Assembly (NCBI GenBank): GCA_964362485.1
Contig: CAYIEX010000002.1
Span: 1 to 35,721 of the forward strand
Length of the DNA stretch: 35,721 bases
Direction of reading: 5' to 3'
DNA from: an uncultured Methanosarcinales archaeon
Lineage (GTDB): Archaea > Nanobdellota > Nanobdellia > Woesearchaeales > GW2011-AR9
The position numbers and the translations under genes were made by a program. The notes beneath the pieces are model-generated. The model worked only from the letters and a program-made list of their open reading frames with translations. It was not told where the DNA came from and made no database searches. Positions 18,139-27,421 of the stretch are shown piece after piece; position 1 is the stretch's first letter, and each line of letters starts with the position of its first letter.

Positions 18139-18178
18139 ACAGAAATAGTTATAAACCGAGAACGACTTCAATTGTATC

Positions 18179-18700
18179 ATGGTTAAAAAAGAGGTTCTCG
18201 CTCAATTAATTGATGACAAAAAGGGAGCCATCCTTCGAGTCCTCCTTAAGACCAGCGATGAATTGACCCTTAATGAAATCGCTCAACAATCTAATGTTTC
18301 ACTTACCTCCACCTTTCGCATTCTCCAGGAACTCGTAACCATGGAAGTGCTGGCCCGAAGGGTATGGAAAAATAGCAAAGTCTACCGTTGCCATGATAAC
18401 GAAAAAGTGGAGTTCCTCAAAACCCTCTTTGATGAAGACATCGATGGCATTGCCGAATTTGTCAAAGCCGCCGAAGATATTGCCGGTGTCCAAAACATCA
18501 TCCAGTATGGCAATGTCAAAAAAGGAAAAGCCAATATCTTGCTAATTGGTGAAAATATTAATGCCACTCCCTTAGATCCTTTAAAATCGAGTTTGAAAGA
18601 GAGAGGATTTGAGATAGGCTTTCTAGCCCTTACCAAAGAGCAATACGACAAGATGGTCACAATGGGACTCTATTCAGGTGAGAAGAAGATATTGAAGTAA
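18179..18700 (+). CDS. Winged-helix transcriptional regulator (ArsR/TrmB-like N-terminal domain plus uncharacterised C-terminal domain)
   Basis: ILRVLLKTSDELTLNEIAQQSNVSLTSTFRILQELVTMEVLARR has an HTH-wing pattern. Confidence 0.6.
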   Translation: MVKKEVLAQLIDDKKGAILRVLLKTSDELTLNEIAQQSNVSLTSTFRILQELVTMEVLARRVWKNSKVYRCHDNEKVEFLKTLFDEDIDGIAEFVKAAEDIAGVQNIIQYGNVKKGKANILLIGENINATPLDPLKSSLKERGFEIGFLALTKEQYDKMVTMGLYSGEKKILK

Positions 18701-18745
18701 AGTGATACGAACTCATGCCTCAATCAGTTATTGAACCATACCATT

Positions 18746-19087
18746 TCACTCCCCCACATCCTTCCAGTTCGGCAGTGGACCACGGGAGACAGCAGCAATC
18801 GAAAGATATGGCTCCGTATTCACACGAAGAGTTTGATAGTACAGACGCATTCCATCTTCTAGCGATGTTTCATGATGTTGAAGGGTAACCGACCTACCCT
18901 CATAATTCTGTGGTACAACCCCATACACAATAGCATCCACCACTCGTGTTTCTATTTCTGGTGATACCATCTCAATACTGACCCGGGTTAAGTACAAACG
19001 GTGAGGAACAACAAGAATAGGCCCTTCCTCAAGAACACTGCAAGCATACACCTGTGCCAGTTTTCCTTCAAGAATAAGAGAATCCAT
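18746..19087 (-). CDS. Hypothetical protein (113 aa)
   Basis: The track start at 19093 is a TTG. The first ATG is at 19087. Confidence 0.4.
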   Translation of the reverse strand: MDSLILEGKLAQVYACSVLEEGPILVVPHRLYLTRVSIEMVSPEIETRVVDAIVYGVVPQNYEGRSVTLQHHETSLEDGMRLYYQTLRVNTEPYLSIAAVSRGPLPNWKDVGE

Positions 19088-19140
19088 CAACAAACAAGAA
19101 TAAGAAAGAAAATAAAAAATGAGAATATATACCCCATATC

Positions 19141-19941
19141 CTAACCTTCCAAATTCATCTCCTTGCGATCCGAAGCCATCTGTACATCTGCCTCATCAAA
19201 TAAGACAATTGTAACTTGTACCGACTTAAGATCACCCGCAGTTACCTTATTATACGCCCAACCACCAGGAACCGTTACAAACAAACTCTTTGTTTGACCA
19301 GCTTTGATGATAATGGGGTCCCCATTTGCAAGTGGAACTTTCTTATCATAATCGTATCCTTCAACGATCATAGTAATATAACTTGGTTTAATTGTTCCTT
19401 GCGCGTTGTTGCGAAAACTCACTTCCAAAGTATTAATTCTACCCCACGTTTCAAACCACTCCTTTTTAACACCAGTAAGTGTCATCGCCATCGTTCCCGA
19501 AGGGTAAGCAGTAATAATTGTTTCCGGAACACTTGCCTCAGCAGGAGGAGCTACAGCAGGAGTTGTATTAACCGGTGCTGGGGTTGGATCAGCCGTTGGT
19601 GCTACCACCGCTGCTTGGAGTGGTGTAGAATTCCGAGACGATTCCGTACTATTTGATTGATTAACCTTCGCTACTGGCTCTTCTAAGTCGGAAGAACTCC
19701 CATCACTTCCAAAAAGTCTCTTAATAAAACTAACCTTTTCTAATTTAGCTGAATCATCCTCATCAGATCCAAGCTCGGTAGGTAACGTTGGATCTACACT
19801 CCATCGGCCAAGCATAAACACGCCCACAAAAAGAGCAGCAATAATAACCGCTTTGAGTAATTTCCCAAGATTAAATTTCAGTGTCACGTCCTTATTCATT
19901 AAACCCTCAGGTTTTTGATTATCCCATTGATGTTGTGTCAT
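19141..19941 (-). CDS. Membrane-anchored protein with a Pro/Thr/Ala-rich linker and C-terminal beta-rich domain
   Basis: TM helix LLKAVIIAALFVGVFMLG, linker APTADPTPAPVNTTPAVAPPAEA, and a C-terminal segment of about 120 aa with alternating hydrophobic residues. Confidence 0.5.
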   Translation of the reverse strand: MTQHQWDNQKPEGLMNKDVTLKFNLGKLLKAVIIAALFVGVFMLGRWSVDPTLPTELGSDEDDSAKLEKVSFIKRLFGSDGSSSDLEEPVAKVNQSNSTESSRNSTPLQAAVVAPTADPTPAPVNTTPAVAPPAEASVPETIITAYPSGTMAMTLTGVKKEWFETWGRINTLEVSFRNNAQGTIKPSYITMIVEGYDYDKKVPLANGDPIIIKAGQTKSLFVTVPGGWAYNKVTAGDLKSVQVTIVLFDEADVQMASDRKEMNLEG

Positions 19942-19942
19942 G

Positions 19943-20107
19943 TTAAATCACTAATAATACCAATCCTAGAATGATGAGAAGTAAACCTAGAAAAACACTC
20001 ACAAATCCCCCTTGTTCACCACGCGACAATGTAGGAAAATCTCGGAGTTTTTCTGCAACAAAAGCAAAGAACTCATTAATACTATCATTAACTTCTGCTA
20101 AACCCAT
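19943..20107 (-). CDS. Small membrane protein (54 aa)
   Basis: MGLAEVNDSINEFFAFVAEKLRDFPTLSRGEQGGFVSVFLGLLLIILGLVLLVI. The track start at 20179 is a TTG. A minus-strand TTTTTATAC box (20140..20148) lies upstream of ATG 20107. Its stop is 1 nt from the next gene's ATG. Confidence 0.4.
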   Translation of the reverse strand: MGLAEVNDSINEFFAFVAEKLRDFPTLSRGEQGGFVSVFLGLLLIILGLVLLVI

Positions 20108-20252
20108 CTCATCACCTAACCTAAAGAACGAGAGTGGGGTATAAAAAGTTTTTGTAAATGGAAGAGATAATACAACCAAAAATGACCCACAAAGAAGATA
20201 GCTAAGAAAATTGCAATAAAAATCAAAGATTCAATACCAGATTCAAAACTGT

Positions 20253-20654
20253 TCACCCTTTCTTCTGAGCAGGTTCGTGAACTAATGGCTCACTACCTTC
20301 CTTCAGAACTTTCAGATTAACCTGTTGAATAGCTCGTGTAACAGCTTCGCCACATACTGTTCGTCTTTGAACAAGACCGGGCTGCTTTTTACCGTTACGA
20401 TCATATCCATTAAAACCAACACCGCGACCAGTTAAAATTCGTTTACGAGGACTCTGAATACCTTTTCGCATTGGAAAACCAGCTTTATCGGATCCTCCCG
20501 TTACTTGAAATTCATAACCAGCAAGACCAATTTTATCTCCAGAAATAACATCCCCTAATTTTACTTTCATGAGAACTTCACCAGCATCGCCAGTAATTTT
20601 CTTTTGGTAGGACTTTCCATCCTTCGCACCCAATACAACAACTAAATCTGCCAT
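20253..20654 (-). CDS. rps6e: 30S ribosomal protein S6e
   Basis: MADLVVVLGAKDGKSYQKKI...GYEFQVTGGSDKAGFPMRKGIQSPRKRILTGRGVGF... is the typical S6e signature, found only in archaea and eukaryotes. The track start at 20669 is a TTG. Confidence 0.9.
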   Translation of the reverse strand: MADLVVVLGAKDGKSYQKKITGDAGEVLMKVKLGDVISGDKIGLAGYEFQVTGGSDKAGFPMRKGIQSPRKRILTGRGVGFNGYDRNGKKQPGLVQRRTVCGEAVTRAIQQVNLKVLKEGSEPLVHEPAQKKG

Positions 20655-20739
20655 GTTTAAATCTCCCAAGACTAAAGAGTTCTTCTGAACCCAGGCTCAA
20701 ACGGCCGTCTCAGCAATATAAGATCATTTTTTAGAGTAC

Positions 20740-20770
20740 TATAAAAAGCCTTCGGTGGGAAATAAGGCTT
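20740..20770 (-). terminator. Hairpin (AAGCCTT / AAGGCTT, 7 bp, 11-nt loop) followed by T5 on the minus strand, downstream of the VOC gene
   Basis: Stem at 20746..20752 and 20764..20770. The minus strand continues with TTTTTAT. It lies 25-50 nt after the stop at 20795. Confidence 0.45.
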
Positions 20771-20794
20771 GTGGTGTATAACCTTACCGACTCC

Positions 20795-21232
20795 CTACTC
20801 CAACTTCAACCGTTTTGCTGGCTGTAAAATTGCCTGCGGGTTCCGCTTCCACTCATCCGATACATCTACATACAGCTCAAGTTCATTACCATCTGGATCT
20901 AAAACGTACAAACTATTCGTCACATGATGATCAGCAATACCTTGAATAGGTACACCTTTCGATTCACACTTACGAATTGCTGCTTTCAACTCCTCAAGGG
21001 TATTACCAACTTTGAATCCAATATGATAGAGACCAGGGCGAACTCCTCGCTTTTGTGACTCGCCACCAATTTCGATTAAAAGAAGCTCATGATGGGTTCG
21101 CCCTCCTGAAAATGCCATAAAACCAGGAATCTCACCAACAACCTCAAAACCAAGAACATCTCGGTAAAAAGTACCAACCTTCTCAAGACTCGTAACATAT
21201 AAAACCACATGACCTAACTCTTTAATCTCCAT
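20795..21232 (-). CDS. VOC (glyoxalase/bleomycin-resistance/extradiol dioxygenase) family protein
   Basis: LGHVVLYVTSLEKVGTFYRDVLGFEV, HHELLLIE, GLYHIGFKV and YVLDPDGNELELY. Confidence 0.8.
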   Translation of the reverse strand: MEIKELGHVVLYVTSLEKVGTFYRDVLGFEVVGEIPGFMAFSGGRTHHELLLIEIGGESQKRGVRPGLYHIGFKVGNTLEELKAAIRKCESKGVPIQGIADHHVTNSLYVLDPDGNELELYVDVSDEWKRNPQAILQPAKRLKLE

Positions 21233-21254
21233 GATCTCACCATAAATTAATAAT

Positions 21255-21437
21255 TCAATTTTTTAATAGTATGTCAAGCTCGCGCTCAAGTTCATCACGT
21301 TGAACTTTCAACCTACCTAATTCTTGTTTTCGAAATTCATTAATCTGATTTCGACTTAAATCCCATTCCAATGGTCGTATTTTTTTCTCAAGGGCAATTA
21401 TAGTACCCCTAATTACAGTAATACGTTCTTGGCTCAT
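21255..21437 (-). CDS. Small coiled-coil protein (60 aa)
   Basis: MSQERITVIRGTIIALEKKIRPLEWDLSRNQINEFRKQELGRLKVQRDELERELDILLKN. The track start is a TTG. ATG 21437 has a GTTTATATAATC box (21457..21468) centred 26 nt upstream. Confidence 0.45.
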   Translation of the reverse strand: MSQERITVIRGTIIALEKKIRPLEWDLSRNQINEFRKQELGRLKVQRDELERELDILLKN

Positions 21438-21529
21438 ATTCCAACTCAACTCACTGATTATATAAACATTTGGCAGTAGGAAGATACAAAATCGACAATA
21501 TTATTAATCTAAAAGCTAAAACCTAGCCA

Positions 21530-21871
21530 ATGGATGAGAAAACCCTCATTATAATCTCTACGGTAACTATGATCATTGGTTTTACCATCCTTATTATTTT
21601 TGTTGAAGATTATACTCCCTCATCCGTTACCAAAATTGAAGAGATAGAGCCCACCCAAGCAACATTGCGTGGCATAATCACTGATATCCACCTCAGTGAT
21701 AAAGCAATCTTTCTCAAAGTTAATGGTGAGCGTATCGAAGAAACAAGCGTAATCCTCTTTACCAAAGAAGACGTTTTTGTAAAAGTGGGTGATCATGTAG
21801 AAATTACAGGAACAGAAGAGATATATCAAGGGAAAAAAGAAATCATCGCTGAACAAATCATGCTTCGCTAA
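21530..21871 (+). CDS. Membrane-anchored OB-fold-like protein
   Basis: N-terminal TM helix LIIISTVTMIIGFTILIIFV. Then ATLRGIITDIHLSDKAIFLKVNGERIEETSVILFTKEDVFVKVGDHVEITGTEEIYQGKKEIIAEQI, which is an OB-fold (tRNA_anti-like) pattern by eye. Confidence 0.45.
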   Translation: MDEKTLIIISTVTMIIGFTILIIFVEDYTPSSVTKIEEIEPTQATLRGIITDIHLSDKAIFLKVNGERIEETSVILFTKEDVFVKVGDHVEITGTEEIYQGKKEIIAEQIMLR

Positions 21872-21918
21872 GATCCTCCTAAACCTTTTTAAATGAACCT
21901 CCATCACCCAGACGCTTT

Positions 21919-22428
21919 ATGTCACTCGAAGAAATTGCGCTGCAAGAGCAAGACGAATCAAAACCAGAAAATGAACCAACAGGAGCAAGCCGCCTACGTA
22001 AAACCATGATCGATATCTCCGCAAGTTGCGTCTTTTACACACCCATCATGGCCCCCATAGAATACTTTTATGCAGGAAAAACCGGTGAAGAGGTGGCGTA
22101 CTCTCGACTTGCAGGAATCGGATTTGCATTTCTTACCGCTCGCTACACCGCTCGCTTTGGTGATTGGTGGCAAAAAATTCACAACTACACAACAAGTTCT
22201 GCACTCAAGCAATTTATAACTGACACCTCAGGCACATTACTTCTCCATATTCCTCTTTATGGCACAGCCCTATACATCACTTCAAGATCATATTCCACCG
22301 GTGAAGCAGCCATGATAGCAAGCCTTCCCACTGTTATCGCAACCGCGTGGCCCTACCGCCGATTTTTACGCCATTGGAGAGAAATATGGCGAAAAACACA
22401 CGCACCACAAAAACCAGTTAACAAATAG
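21919..22428 (+). CDS. Membrane protein, L-alanine exporter AlaE-like
   Basis: DISASCVFYTPIMAPIEYFYAGKTGEEVAYSRLAGIGFAFL parallels E. coli AlaE [36 protein letters not shown] (alignment from memory). TATA box CCTTTTTAAATGAA lies about 28 nt upstream. Confidence 0.45.
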   Translation: MSLEEIALQEQDESKPENEPTGASRLRKTMIDISASCVFYTPIMAPIEYFYAGKTGEEVAYSRLAGIGFAFLTARYTARFGDWWQKIHNYTTSSALKQFITDTSGTLLLHIPLYGTALYITSRSYSTGEAAMIASLPTVIATAWPYRRFLRHWREIWRKTHAPQKPVNK

Positions 22429-22451
22429 GGACATACATCATAGATGACGGG

Positions 22452-23651
22452 CTATCTTCCCGCAACTATTTCCACAACATCACGATGATGAAGCAAATGC
22501 TCTTTTCCAACAGTTCTTTTTGTACGAACATCCTTAGCACAAATAAAATTCTTGCCCAAATCCGTATGCAGCCTATAGGCAAAATCGAGTGCTGTACTTG
22601 CCGCAGGGAGCAAAAAACAATCAGGTAGACAATTCCCATCTTTATCTTCTAATTTCGTAACTCCACCAGGAAAAATTGCCATATACCCCAAAATATCAAA
22701 GACAGCCGTATCAAGAACCTGCTGAACTCCCGTCCCATTACCCTTTTGCAACACGTTAGAGCGAATAAATTCAAGCGCTGCAATCTGTCGAGGGTTCAAC
22801 TTCTCAAGACCAATAATTGCAAAATCAGTGTCCCCAGGAACATAGGAGATCAGCCCCGCACGTGCTGCCTCTTTAAGCGCAAGCTCCGAATCCCCCGAAC
22901 ACGCAATAAAACGATAATGAGGAAACTCTTGTTTCAGGCGCTCAAAATTCTCACGAGCACCCGCTAAATCAATTTTATTGCATGCCATCACCATTGGTTT
23001 AGTTTTAGTACGCAATACTTGTGCCAACTTCATTAAATTTTCATCCGACCAGCCAATTGGTTTATGAGGATCAAGACTCAACTTCTCAACAGCCTCTTCC
23101 ACCATCGCTTCTGTTACTCCAAGACCCGATAGTTGCTTTGCAAGTGCCATATGAATTGCAGCCTTCTCCTGAACAACAGTGCGCGCAAATTTCTCCCAGC
23201 CCCTCTTCAAGATACCAAGATACCACATATCAAGCTCAACTTCCAAAAAACGAACATCAGCAGCCGGATCATAACTACCCACATTGACCGGCTCACCTTT
23301 TTCATTGGTGGATCCTGCAACATCAATAACATGAACCAAAACATCTGCTTGGCGTAAATCATCTAAAAACTGGTTACCCATACCAAGACCCTCATGAGCT
23401 CCAGGAACAAGACCAGCCACATCAATAAGTTGAACGGGAACAAAACGCGTACCGTGAGTACAAAAACCCGTTCGGGGATGACACTGTTTACTAAAGTCTT
23501 TATCTGCACACTCTAATTTCACAAAACCAACACCAGAGTTAGGTTTTATAGTCGCAAAAGGATAATTTGCAATAAGAGCATCAGCTAACGTCGCCGACTT
23601 AAAAAACGTACTTTTCCCAACATTGGGTTTTCCAACTATACCAACTAGCAT
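22452..23651 (-). CDS. YchF/OLA1-type Obg-family GTPase with a C-terminal TGS domain
   Basis: G1 GKPNVGKST, G3 DVAGLV, G4 NKID, and a C-terminal TGS-like segment. TATA box (minus strand AATTTAAAAAG) lies 28 nt upstream of the ATG. Confidence 0.85.
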   Translation of the reverse strand: MLVGIVGKPNVGKSTFFKSATLADALIANYPFATIKPNSGVGFVKLECADKDFSKQCHPRTGFCTHGTRFVPVQLIDVAGLVPGAHEGLGMGNQFLDDLRQADVLVHVIDVAGSTNEKGEPVNVGSYDPAADVRFLEVELDMWYLGILKRGWEKFARTVVQEKAAIHMALAKQLSGLGVTEAMVEEAVEKLSLDPHKPIGWSDENLMKLAQVLRTKTKPMVMACNKIDLAGARENFERLKQEFPHYRFIACSGDSELALKEAARAGLISYVPGDTDFAIIGLEKLNPRQIAALEFIRSNVLQKGNGTGVQQVLDTAVFDILGYMAIFPGGVTKLEDKDGNCLPDCFLLPAASTALDFAYRLHTDLGKNFICAKDVRTKRTVGKEHLLHHRDVVEIVAGR

Positions 23652-23907
23652 AGAAAAAGAAACTTAAGCCCTCTTTTTAAATTATTTGTTTCGTAATACG
23701 CAGTCTATAACAACTCAGCAAACCGCTTAATATCCTTATTTGCCACATGGGTATAAATCTGCATCGTCTGATAGACATAAAAACATTTCACCTAACATCC
23801 CCATTTAGCAACATTAACGAATTAATCTCGCCAAATAGTTGTTATGTTCAATTTTCGAATTACTATTTTGTAATATACGGGAGTTCCTAAAAAGAACGAA
23901 GATAATG

Positions 23908-25737
23908 TCACTTTTTCTTATTTAATCTCTTCTCTAGCTTTAATCTTTTCTCTTTCAAATCAGATGCGCGCTCACGATAATTTAACATTAATTTGTCGTA
24001 ATCTTCACGTGGAATAGAATGACGTTTGAAATATTTCCGTTGCGTGTCTTTTTCCATTTCAAGAACATCGCTTTCTTCTGCTTTTGTTCTTCGCAAGCTT
24101 CCTTTCAGATGTGCCCAGTACCACAAAGGTTCAGTAACTAAGATTAGTAGTAAGAACCCCAACGCAAAAAAATACCAATAGCGAACAAAAACATGGTGAT
24201 AAAACAATCGTGCTTTCAGTTCTCTAGGACCAATATTCTCTATTGTAACTGCTTTCGGATTAAGAGCAATAGAATTTCCATAAATATCAGCAGCACCAAA
24301 GCCAAACGATTTAAGATCCAAATCTCCAGTAGTAAGAACATATGAAGATTCATAAATCCCCGGTGATCTTTCCTGAAGAGTAACTGTTGTGTTCCCAACC
24401 ATAAACAATGCTTCTGCATTCTCAACTTCTGTCCCGTCATCATACTGTAGCTCAACTTCAATCTCAATCCGTTCCCCTACATAATACGTTGTTCGTGTTG
24501 GTCTTACCAATGTAGCATCAATCTGTGCAGATCGGATAATAATGGGAACGCTATTCCCTCCTGCTCTGGTGATATTCTTAATTGTTTTTACCGCTTGTAT
24601 CCTCAATGGCCACTTTCCTAACGCGTCAGTATACTCAATAACGTATTTTCCGCTATACATTCCTGGCTCAACTTCAGCAAGAGTGATTAGTTTTCCATCT
24701 CGATTTCGATAATGTACTTGCGCATTATCAACAGCCTCACCCTCTTCTTTAATTTCTACTGTGATAGGGATGGTTTCACCACGTAAAAACTCACTATTCT
24801 TTGATGGGCTAAGAAACATTACGGCATAAAATACAACTTCTTTCGGTGTTGAAATTTCAGGGGTGAATAGTATTTCTCCTTCATTGCCATCTTCATCTTG
24901 CATGGATATTTGAATGTTCCACTTTCCATCTGGCTCGGCAAAACTGATGAGGAAGCTCGTATCAATTCCTCCTTTGTTGGTTGTATTTAATGTAGTATTC
25001 AAAAGAACTTCACCTGCAGAAATAAGAACAGTTACAGGAACTCCTATAGCAGGAGTGCCGTCAAAATAAGATGCAACACCTTGAATATTAATACGCTCTC
25101 CTTTTTGATATGAATCATCTAACGACATATTAATGTGAATAGTTGGATCAATTGTTACTTGAATCCTCTCTTCATCATACGACGCACGTTCTCCTTTAAC
25201 CGAAATTTCGTATGTTCCAGCTTCAATATCTTTGCCAAGTGTTATGTTCGCCCCATAAATATCACTGCCACGTTTTTCAAAATTACTTACTAAATCTATT
25301 TCTCCAAATAGATTTGATGTGGCACTTACTTTTAAATTTGAATTAGGATAACGCCCTTCAAAACCCTGCACAAGCAAGGGGAACGTTCCTCGTTTGAATG
25401 TCTGCCCTTCGCGAGGAGTTTCAAAAACTATTTTTACAGGAGTTGGACCACTTCCTCCACCATCACTAGTGGCGCTGTCGCTTGGAGCTTCTGAGGAAGG
25501 ATTTGCATCAGGAGGAGGATTTTCATCAGGAGGGGGATTTGCATCAGGAGGAGTAGTTCCACCGTCTCCACCGCCTCCACCGCCTCCACCGCCAGGAGGG
25601 TCGTGTCCTGGTTTATGAGCCATTCCTGTAGGTGCGGCAAGAGGTTCAAAGAATATTAGTGAAGCCATACCAAAAATAACGATAACTAAAGATACAACCA
25701 GAAATATATTCAAAGAGGGCTTCTTTTTCCGGTTCAT
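23908..25737 (-). CDS. Doubly membrane-anchored surface protein: N-terminal TM, Gly/Pro low-complexity region, about 4-5 beta-sandwich-like repeats, C-terminal TM, basic coiled-coil tail
   Basis: TM1 LNIFLVVSLVIVIFGMASLIFF. Low-complexity HDPPGGGGGGGGGDGGTTPPDANPPPDENPPPDANP. Repeated units of about 90 aa with the pattern G(E/T)..I.V.V...G..V..A.V......PG.Y.....G.W.I (for example ERINIQGVASYFDGTPAIGVPVTVLI, ETIPITVEIKEEGEAVDNAQVHY, ERIEIEVELQYDDGTEVENAEALF). TM2 YWYFFALGFLLLILVTEPLWYW. Tail ...RERASDLKEKRLKLEKRLNKKK. Its ATG overlaps the upstream stop (ATGA). Confidence 0.65.
   Translation of the reverse strand: MNRKKKPSLNIFLVVSLVIVIFGMASLIFFEPLAAPTGMAHKPGHDPPGGGGGGGGGDGGTTPPDANPPPDENPPPDANPSSEAPSDSATSDGGGSGPTPVKIVFETPREGQTFKRGTFPLLVQGFEGRYPNSNLKVSATSNLFGEIDLVSNFEKRGSDIYGANITLGKDIEAGTYEISVKGERASYDEERIQVTIDPTIHINMSLDDSYQKGERINIQGVASYFDGTPAIGVPVTVLISAGEVLLNTTLNTTNKGGIDTSFLISFAEPDGKWNIQISMQDEDGNEGEILFTPEISTPKEVVFYAVMFLSPSKNSEFLRGETIPITVEIKEEGEAVDNAQVHYRNRDGKLITLAEVEPGMYSGKYVIEYTDALGKWPLRIQAVKTIKNITRAGGNSVPIIIRSAQIDATLVRPTRTTYYVGERIEIEVELQYDDGTEVENAEALFMVGNTTVTLQERSPGIYESSYVLTTGDLDLKSFGFGAADIYGNSIALNPKAVTIENIGPRELKARLFYHHVFVRYWYFFALGFLLLILVTEPLWYWAHLKGSLRRTKAEESDVLEMEKDTQRKYFKRHSIPREDYDKLMLNYRERASDLKEKRLKLEKRLNKKK
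25499..25592 (-). repeat. In-frame coding tandem repeats: 3 x 18 bp (PPPD[A/E]N) and about 3 x 9 bp (Gly run)
   Basis: On the + strand, GGATTTGCATCAGGAGGA / GGATTTTCATCAGGAGGG / GGATTTGCATCAGGAGGA at 25499..25552, and TCTCCACCG CCTCCACCG CCTCCACCG at 25565..25591. Confidence 0.8.
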
Positions 25738-26846
25738 TTTCCAATCTCCGCGAATACTTCTTGTTCCGGATAGACAGTTATTCCCTTATCGTTAATTGAC
25801 ATAGCAACAATATTCTTCTGATGTTTTGCCCCCCTCATCTTCAACACTTCAATGGCATTTTCTCTCATATCACTATGCTTGATTGCATACAAAACAATTA
25901 CCCCATCGGCAAGAAACTCTTCAACACCTTCCCTGGAAAATATTGTGGGTACCTGCTCAGTTTCAGAGATTAAAAACGTGGTAACATTGAGTGTTTCAAG
26001 ATAACGGAACAATTGTTCAATAAAAACCCTATACCCTTCACCTTTCCTAGGAAACGCAGCGGCTATCGCTGTAATCGAATCGATAGCAATTCTATCCGGC
26101 TTGAACCCTTTTGGAATGATATCTATTACTTCATTAATATCAATCAACAACTCCCCTTTTGCTTTAGCTAACATTGCTTCCACGCTGGTGGTCAACGCAA
26201 ATGGATCCTTGCGTACAATTCTCAGGGTTCCGTCTTTCTCCATTTTTTTCCAGTCCCATCCAAAATCATCCATGTGTTCCCTTAATCGTTGTTCAGATTC
26301 TTCAAAACTAAGATAGAGACATTTTTCACCTTTGGATGCAGCATCTGCAAGAGTCTGGAGGCAAAAAATAGTTTTTCCAGAACCAGCGCCGCCCGCAATA
26401 AGTAATGAGATGTTTTTGGGGATCCCTTTCTCAAAGAGGTCATCAAACCCAGGGATACCAGTAAGAAGATATTTTCTTCCTTTCTCTTTTAGAATGGTCT
26501 TTCCAGAAATTTTCTGAAGTGGTTTGCGCTGTTTTTTAATCTGCTGCGTAATGCCCTTCTTAATAGTAGCCATGGAAGAAGAGGAAGAAGCATCTTGTTT
26601 TGGAGAAGAGATTTTGCTTTCTTTAATATCTCTTTTAATATTTTCGTTCTCTAAATGCTTCTTGGTAGATTGTTTTATAGGTTTCTTTTCTTTTGCGCCG
26701 GAAATCTTGTTATTACTTTTCTGTTTAGGTTTTACTTTCTTCACACTAGAACTTTTGTTTTTATTTTTGTTATCTTTCTTTCTAATTTGCTCTAATTTGC
26801 TCTTGCTCTCTTTTTTTCCTTTCTTAGTAACCCCATCTTTTTTCAT
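25734..26846 (-). CDS. Single-domain KaiC/RecA-like ATPase with an N-terminal Lys-rich disordered tail of about 120 aa
   Basis: GIPGFDDLFEKGIPKNISLLIAGGAGSGKTIFCLQTL (Walker A), YLSFEESEQ (catalytic Glu pair), IAIDSITAI (Walker B), TTFLISE and LKMRGAKH. Tail: MKKDGVTKKGKKESKSKLEQIRKKDNKNKNKSSSVKKVKPKQKSNNK... Confidence 0.8.
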   Translation of the reverse strand: MKKDGVTKKGKKESKSKLEQIRKKDNKNKNKSSSVKKVKPKQKSNNKISGAKEKKPIKQSTKKHLENENIKRDIKESKISSPKQDASSSSSMATIKKGITQQIKKQRKPLQKISGKTILKEKGRKYLLTGIPGFDDLFEKGIPKNISLLIAGGAGSGKTIFCLQTLADAASKGEKCLYLSFEESEQRLREHMDDFGWDWKKMEKDGTLRIVRKDPFALTTSVEAMLAKAKGELLIDINEVIDIIPKGFKPDRIAIDSITAIAAAFPRKGEGYRVFIEQLFRYLETLNVTTFLISETEQVPTIFSREGVEEFLADGVIVLYAIKHSDMRENAIEVLKMRGAKHQKNIVAMSINDKGITVYPEQEVFAEIGK

Positions 26847-26872
26847 AGTATGTTCCTGATAGTAATTATTGC

Positions 26873-27421
26873 TTAAACCCTGATAACTTTGTCACAAAGT
26901 TGTGCAATCTCCAAACGTATTTCCTTTTCTGTTTCGGCATCCATAGAGATTATAATACCATTCGTGCTCTGATTGCGCATTTTTGTTAAGATTGAATGGA
27001 TAAACCTTGCTAAAGTTTTTGATTCATTATGGATGAGCATGGAGGTAATAGAGTCAATAAAAACAAACTTCTTCCCTTTGATGCTTTTCATGGCCTCTCC
27101 AAGAGCTACCGCCATCTCTGTCAATGCTGTGGAATGCTGGACATGAACAACATTGTCTGGTGTTTTATCTTTTTTATCTTTACCACAAACCGAGCAGATT
27201 ACAAAGAGTTTTTCCTTAGCAATGCCACTTTCTCTAAGCGATGAGATCAAACTAGAGCAGGGCTTGTTAGCAGAGAGGATAATGCCGGTATATCTCTTGC
27301 CAACTAATATCTTAAGAGCTTCCCGGCTGATTGACACAATTTTAGAAGATGTTGTTTCTAACATGACAACCCAATCTTCGGGAAGATTCTCTAATTCCTT
27401 CTTGAGCTTCGCAATGCCCAT
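26873..27421 (-). CDS. P-loop-less KaiC/RecA-like domain protein (DUF835-like), paralog 2
   Basis: Colinear with a KaiC domain but lacks GxxGxGKT (VVMLETTSSKIV instead). Keeps the Walker-B-like strand FVFIDSITSM, plus GIILSANKP and NGIIISMD. Its ATG overlaps the upstream stop (TAATG). Confidence 0.55.
   Translation of the reverse strand: MGIAKLKKELENLPEDWVVMLETTSSKIVSISREALKILVGKRYTGIILSANKPCSSLISSLRESGIAKEKLFVICSVCGKDKKDKTPDNVVHVQHSTALTEMAVALGEAMKSIKGKKFVFIDSITSMLIHNESKTLARFIHSILTKMRNQSTNGIIISMDAETEKEIRLEIAQLCDKVIRV

Noticed and set aside
23745-23900. 51-aa plus-strand ORF (MGINLHRLIDIKTF...) in the gap between the surface-protein gene and the GTPase gene
   Set aside because: It has low-complexity AT-driven composition and no recognisable motif. 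The region is more simply the terminator (oligo-T on the minus strand near 23886..23898) plus the promoter of the flanking genes.
25499-25592. Short tandem repeats considered as a possible CRISPR or minisatellite
   Set aside because: The units are contiguous with no spacers, only 9-18 bp long, and in frame within a long ORF where they encode PPPDxN and poly-Gly.
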